From: Alphaproteobacteria bacterium
GTDB lineage: Bacteria; Pseudomonadota; Alphaproteobacteria; CAAHEQ01; UBA3637
Reading direction: 5' to 3'
Length of the DNA: 64,000 nucleotides
Assembly: GCA_045605805.1 (NCBI GenBank)
Contig: JAZUQR010000027.1
Location: 32,001 to 96,000, forward strand
The position numbers and the translations under genes are program-made. Positions 62,401 through 64,000 of this stretch are shown here, in pieces. Positions within the stretch are counted from its first letter, which is position 1; the number at the start of each line of letters is the position of its first letter. Under the pieces are notes generated by a model. That model made no database searches and was not told where the DNA came from. It saw nothing but the letters and a program-made list of their open reading frames with translations.

Positions 62401-63065
62401 GTATAAGATCGGGCTACAACAGTCCCTTTACCAGTGTCACCCACTGCAACCTGCGAAGGGGGAACATAATTATTTTTCCCCTCTGTTCCTTGCGCAGGAT
62501 AATATATCTTTGCCGCACCATTTACTGACTCCACATAGACATAACCAGATTGATTCTTCTTAGTGGGATCAGTTGTGACAGTCCAAGAACGGCCAAGAAC
62601 ACCACCAGCCTCCGTCACATTCACAGCGTTTGTAATATTTTGTCTGCCAGCTTCATATTGAGTCCCTTGATAGTTTATATACCGAGCTTGAGAAATCCCA
62701 CCAGAAGCGTCCCTATGATAAGTGTTGCCATTCACTGTTGTAGATGTTTCATCGTCATAAAAATTCACAACAGTCATATTACCCTTACCATTGTTCGGAT
62801 TCACCACATATGTTTGTAGTTTCACCGGACCACTGGATGAAACACGCCCATATCGTCTAGCTGTTTCATTGGCAGTATAATAACTGCCCTGTTTTAATTC
62901 TGCCGCCTTATGTGTGCTATAATAATGACCATTGGCACCTTTATACAATGTTTTACCGTTTGCAAATTGCACTTTTTCAACCTTTGCCCACACATCATTC
63001 GGCAACAACACACAGGCACTGGCCAAAACCGTGCCAACAAGCAAGACTTTAACGAAATTTCGCAT
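59454..63065 (-). CDS. Large exported adhesin-like protein with VirB5-like helical C-terminus
   Basis: Signal peptide (..DVWA); 1203 aa with T/N/S/G-rich beta region, coiled coil and LTDEQ..KR..QMGVQAARLL tail. Confidence 0.65.
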   Translation of the reverse strand: MRNFVKVLLVGTVLASACVLLPNDVWAKVEKVQFANGKTLYKGANGHYYSTHKAAELKQGSYYTANETARRYGRVSSSGPVKLQTYVVNPNNGKGNMTVVNFYDDETSTTVNGNTYHRDASGGISQARYINYQGTQYEAGRQNITNAVNVTEAGGVLGRSWTVTTDPTKKNQSGYVYVESVNGAAKIYYPAQGTEGKNNYVPPSQVAVGDTGKGTVVARSYTDKSGNEIKVGMENRISADSNATASAYMGDNSLTAKANDGKANASVTLRPGEKEVSGTWRVESAAGKGGGSFNQTLDNVKTSQNLNNRNGSSSEQNQDITANEVTQTSTNTNNGKTSKTGQTVTADGAKQGLSNQNKTVTLETNARNETIIQDGTIPTISSSQTSAATLPPVPKGKYVVVNGGVYEVFTAGDSKTITVDGRSYTWDESKNKWDSGSFWHKDLVQQADVSAIMGDGSHLNDVKSVSVFSDGSSVVEFTNGSYVAQTKDGQTTGRYETGESRVGAKRTETGTGASLNENQVKAKTTSEDGSVGVNAKVEAKNGVATLKVDGKGDEPPAQQGGVPPTKDGDSSSLKINAVATPEAVTAQSEGEVIDETTDKKAEATQFANADSAGTKTKNIAKAEDPKEEKKVTASINQDKEGGAKAGAEAQDGDEKNDSGVKLDAEGNVEEISYEEVKKNSDAIVNRSNQILTDAADMGAGDAVLYSDLNHDNASAIGNLLGGEDLGWSDNGYTMTSEQAATLKNLYGITFDSANQQIRFSGKEDDFGADIMNYINQLSSVNGGKGYQSLLQDHAQNTNQYRYRQYAIDAAQVKVDEAQAKVKKLIVTKGTQKEIQKAREELGEAQKALGKAKEDGKGDIDKYNATITELDSIVTAAKKNYTIAKSAALSTAENFFRNDTVRSNQFADAINSSDFETARSLAYDALNNKTISSDEFEELNNKIATVEGTKAEADAKEAEVNQVQQGAETPREVDLQDLVRIGTVAMTPFVTETELALRKDVNVLAGEIGAAVGTVDDTALSDVDVDASMPSTVSGSAMVVAELLKNANVDLKLLDETFEEEEAKTVVQTGTLAGAGSQAGTSASLEVPEEEKEEKPEDEKKYLTDEQVALIQAKRQMLLKQYVNAAVQISEGMNAVSNKFADRANVLISFSEGVQNEAGAFGLTQDVGRYVLLESLRAVALSSAQMGVQAARLLNEREVDNEIQ

Positions 63066-63099
63066 AAAAACCTCCCCTTAAAAAAAGTACTTTTAATTC

Positions 63100-63128
63100 A
63101 CTGTACATACTTTTTTGATGCATTGCAA
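63100..63128 (-). promoter_or_regulatory. Putative promoter of the T4SS cluster
   Basis: TTGCAA-N17-TACAGT, followed by palindrome aaaagtactttt (63083-63094) and a GGGGAGG RBS. Confidence 0.5.
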
Positions 63129-63200
63129 CACTTTTTTTCAAAAAAACAAAAAAAAACGCCCGCAAAGTGACGTTTTTTTCTTTCCCCCTTCCATAAAGGC

Positions 63201-63752
63201 TTATTTGGGCGATACCAACATCCCCATATTGCGCCCTTCCAACTTAGGCGCTTGTTCAATTTTCGCCACTTCGGCCACATCTTCGGCCACCCGCTTCAAA
63301 ACAGCCTCGCCCAAATCTTGATAGGACAATTCACGCCCACGAAACCGCAAAGTGAACTTCACCTTGTTGCCTTCGGCCAAAAACTTTTTCGCATTGCGCA
63401 TTTTCACCAAATAATCATTGTCCCCAATGTTGGGGGTGAACTTGATTTCTTTGGTTTCCTGTGTTTTTTGCTTTTTCTTGGCTTCGTTTTTGCGTTTTTG
63501 CAATTCATATTTATATTTGCCGGCATCCATAATTTTACACACAGACCCACTTGGGTTGGCCGATATTTCCACCAAATCCAAACCGGCCTCATCCGCCCGC
63601 CGCAACGCCTCACGCAAGGACACAAGCCCCACATTGATGCCGTTTTCGTCAATCAACCGAATTTGTAATGCATTGATTTTGCCATTGATGCGTGGTTCAT
63701 CTTTATTTGTGTTAGGCGCACGCATATCGCCTCTGTCAAAGTTTTGAATAAT
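63201..63752 (-). CDS. infC: Translation initiation factor IF-3 (probable ATT start)
   Basis: RLID..G, GLDLVEIS, CKIMD.GKYKYE, KEIKF, FRGRE and PKLEGR; GGAGG lies 8 nt before an in-frame ATT. Confidence 0.96.
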   Translation of the reverse strand: MIQNFDRGDMRAPNTNKDEPRINGKINALQIRLIDENGINVGLVSLREALRRADEAGLDLVEISANPSGSVCKIMDAGKYKYELQKRKNEAKKKQKTQETKEIKFTPNIGDNDYLVKMRNAKKFLAEGNKVKFTLRFRGRELSYQDLGEAVLKRVAEDVAEVAKIEQAPKLEGRNMGMLVSPK

Positions 63753-63841
63753 GGTATAATCCTCCAAAAAAGTTTATAAACAAACTCATTATATTCATTT
63801 TTTTCAAGACATTCAAGTTTTTTTTTGCTATCCTCTTTATT

Positions 63842-64000
63842 ATGAAAAGTTTTTTATGTTTTTTGGCCTTGGTCTTTTTGAGCCTCAACTCAGTCTGGGC
63901 AAAACAACCCGATAAAGTGTTGCCCATGCCGTTTCAAGAACTGCACCTTTTGTCTTGCACCACAACTTTGCGCCAATCAGACCCGCTGTATTTGGGCGTG
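63842..64000 (+). CDS. N-terminus of an exported protein, truncated by the window edge
   Basis: MKSFLCFLALVFLSLNSVWA signal peptide; frame open to the end of the window. Confidence 0.55.
   Translation, partial: MKSFLCFLALVFLSLNSVWAKQPDKVLPMPFQELHLLSCTTTLRQSDPLYLGV

Noticed and set aside
43645-63065. Conjugative element or ICE
   Set aside because: No relaxase, VirB4, coupling protein, integrase or att repeats at the ends; flanked by core genes with mostly host-like composition.
63078-63096. CtrA box upstream of the T4SS cluster
   Set aside because: The two TTAA half-sites are 11 nt apart, not the TTAA-N7-TTAA consensus.
63736-63927. 63-aa minus-strand ORF upstream of infC
   Set aside because: It overlaps the infC promoter region and a better + strand signal-peptide ORF starting at 63842.

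Overview
A 64-kb chromosomal window, most likely from an alphaproteobacterium (ChpT, CcrM, CarD and SH3_4-type genes; this is an inference). About 1-38 kb is mostly housekeeping: the end of a type IVb pilus locus, eno, kdsA, secG, tpiA, comEC, recX, udg, type-2 ileS, chpT, sucCD-like, dnaE, lolCDE, uvrD, tcdA, trkH, asmA, ccrM, ompA, rlmE, rsmB-like, cvrA and LOG, interspersed with orphan genes. About 38.5-41.9 kb is a small accessory island at a tRNA-Ile2(CAT) gene, with nested direct repeats, att-like scars and two cargo genes but no integrase. About 42.6-63.1 kb is one long minus-strand cluster encoding an unusual VirB-type type IV secretion system (T4SS): six exported proteins (five sharing a VirB5-like helical C-terminus behind unrelated N-termini), then virB8-virB7-virB8-virB9(+SPOR), a 2153-aa VirB10 with about 1550 aa of Gly/Val/Asp repeats, virB11, and a dUTPase homologue that has lost its catalytic motifs. 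An apparently catalytically dead SucC/SucD pair sits directly upstream of chpT. All calls come from motif recognition by eye; no searches were run.
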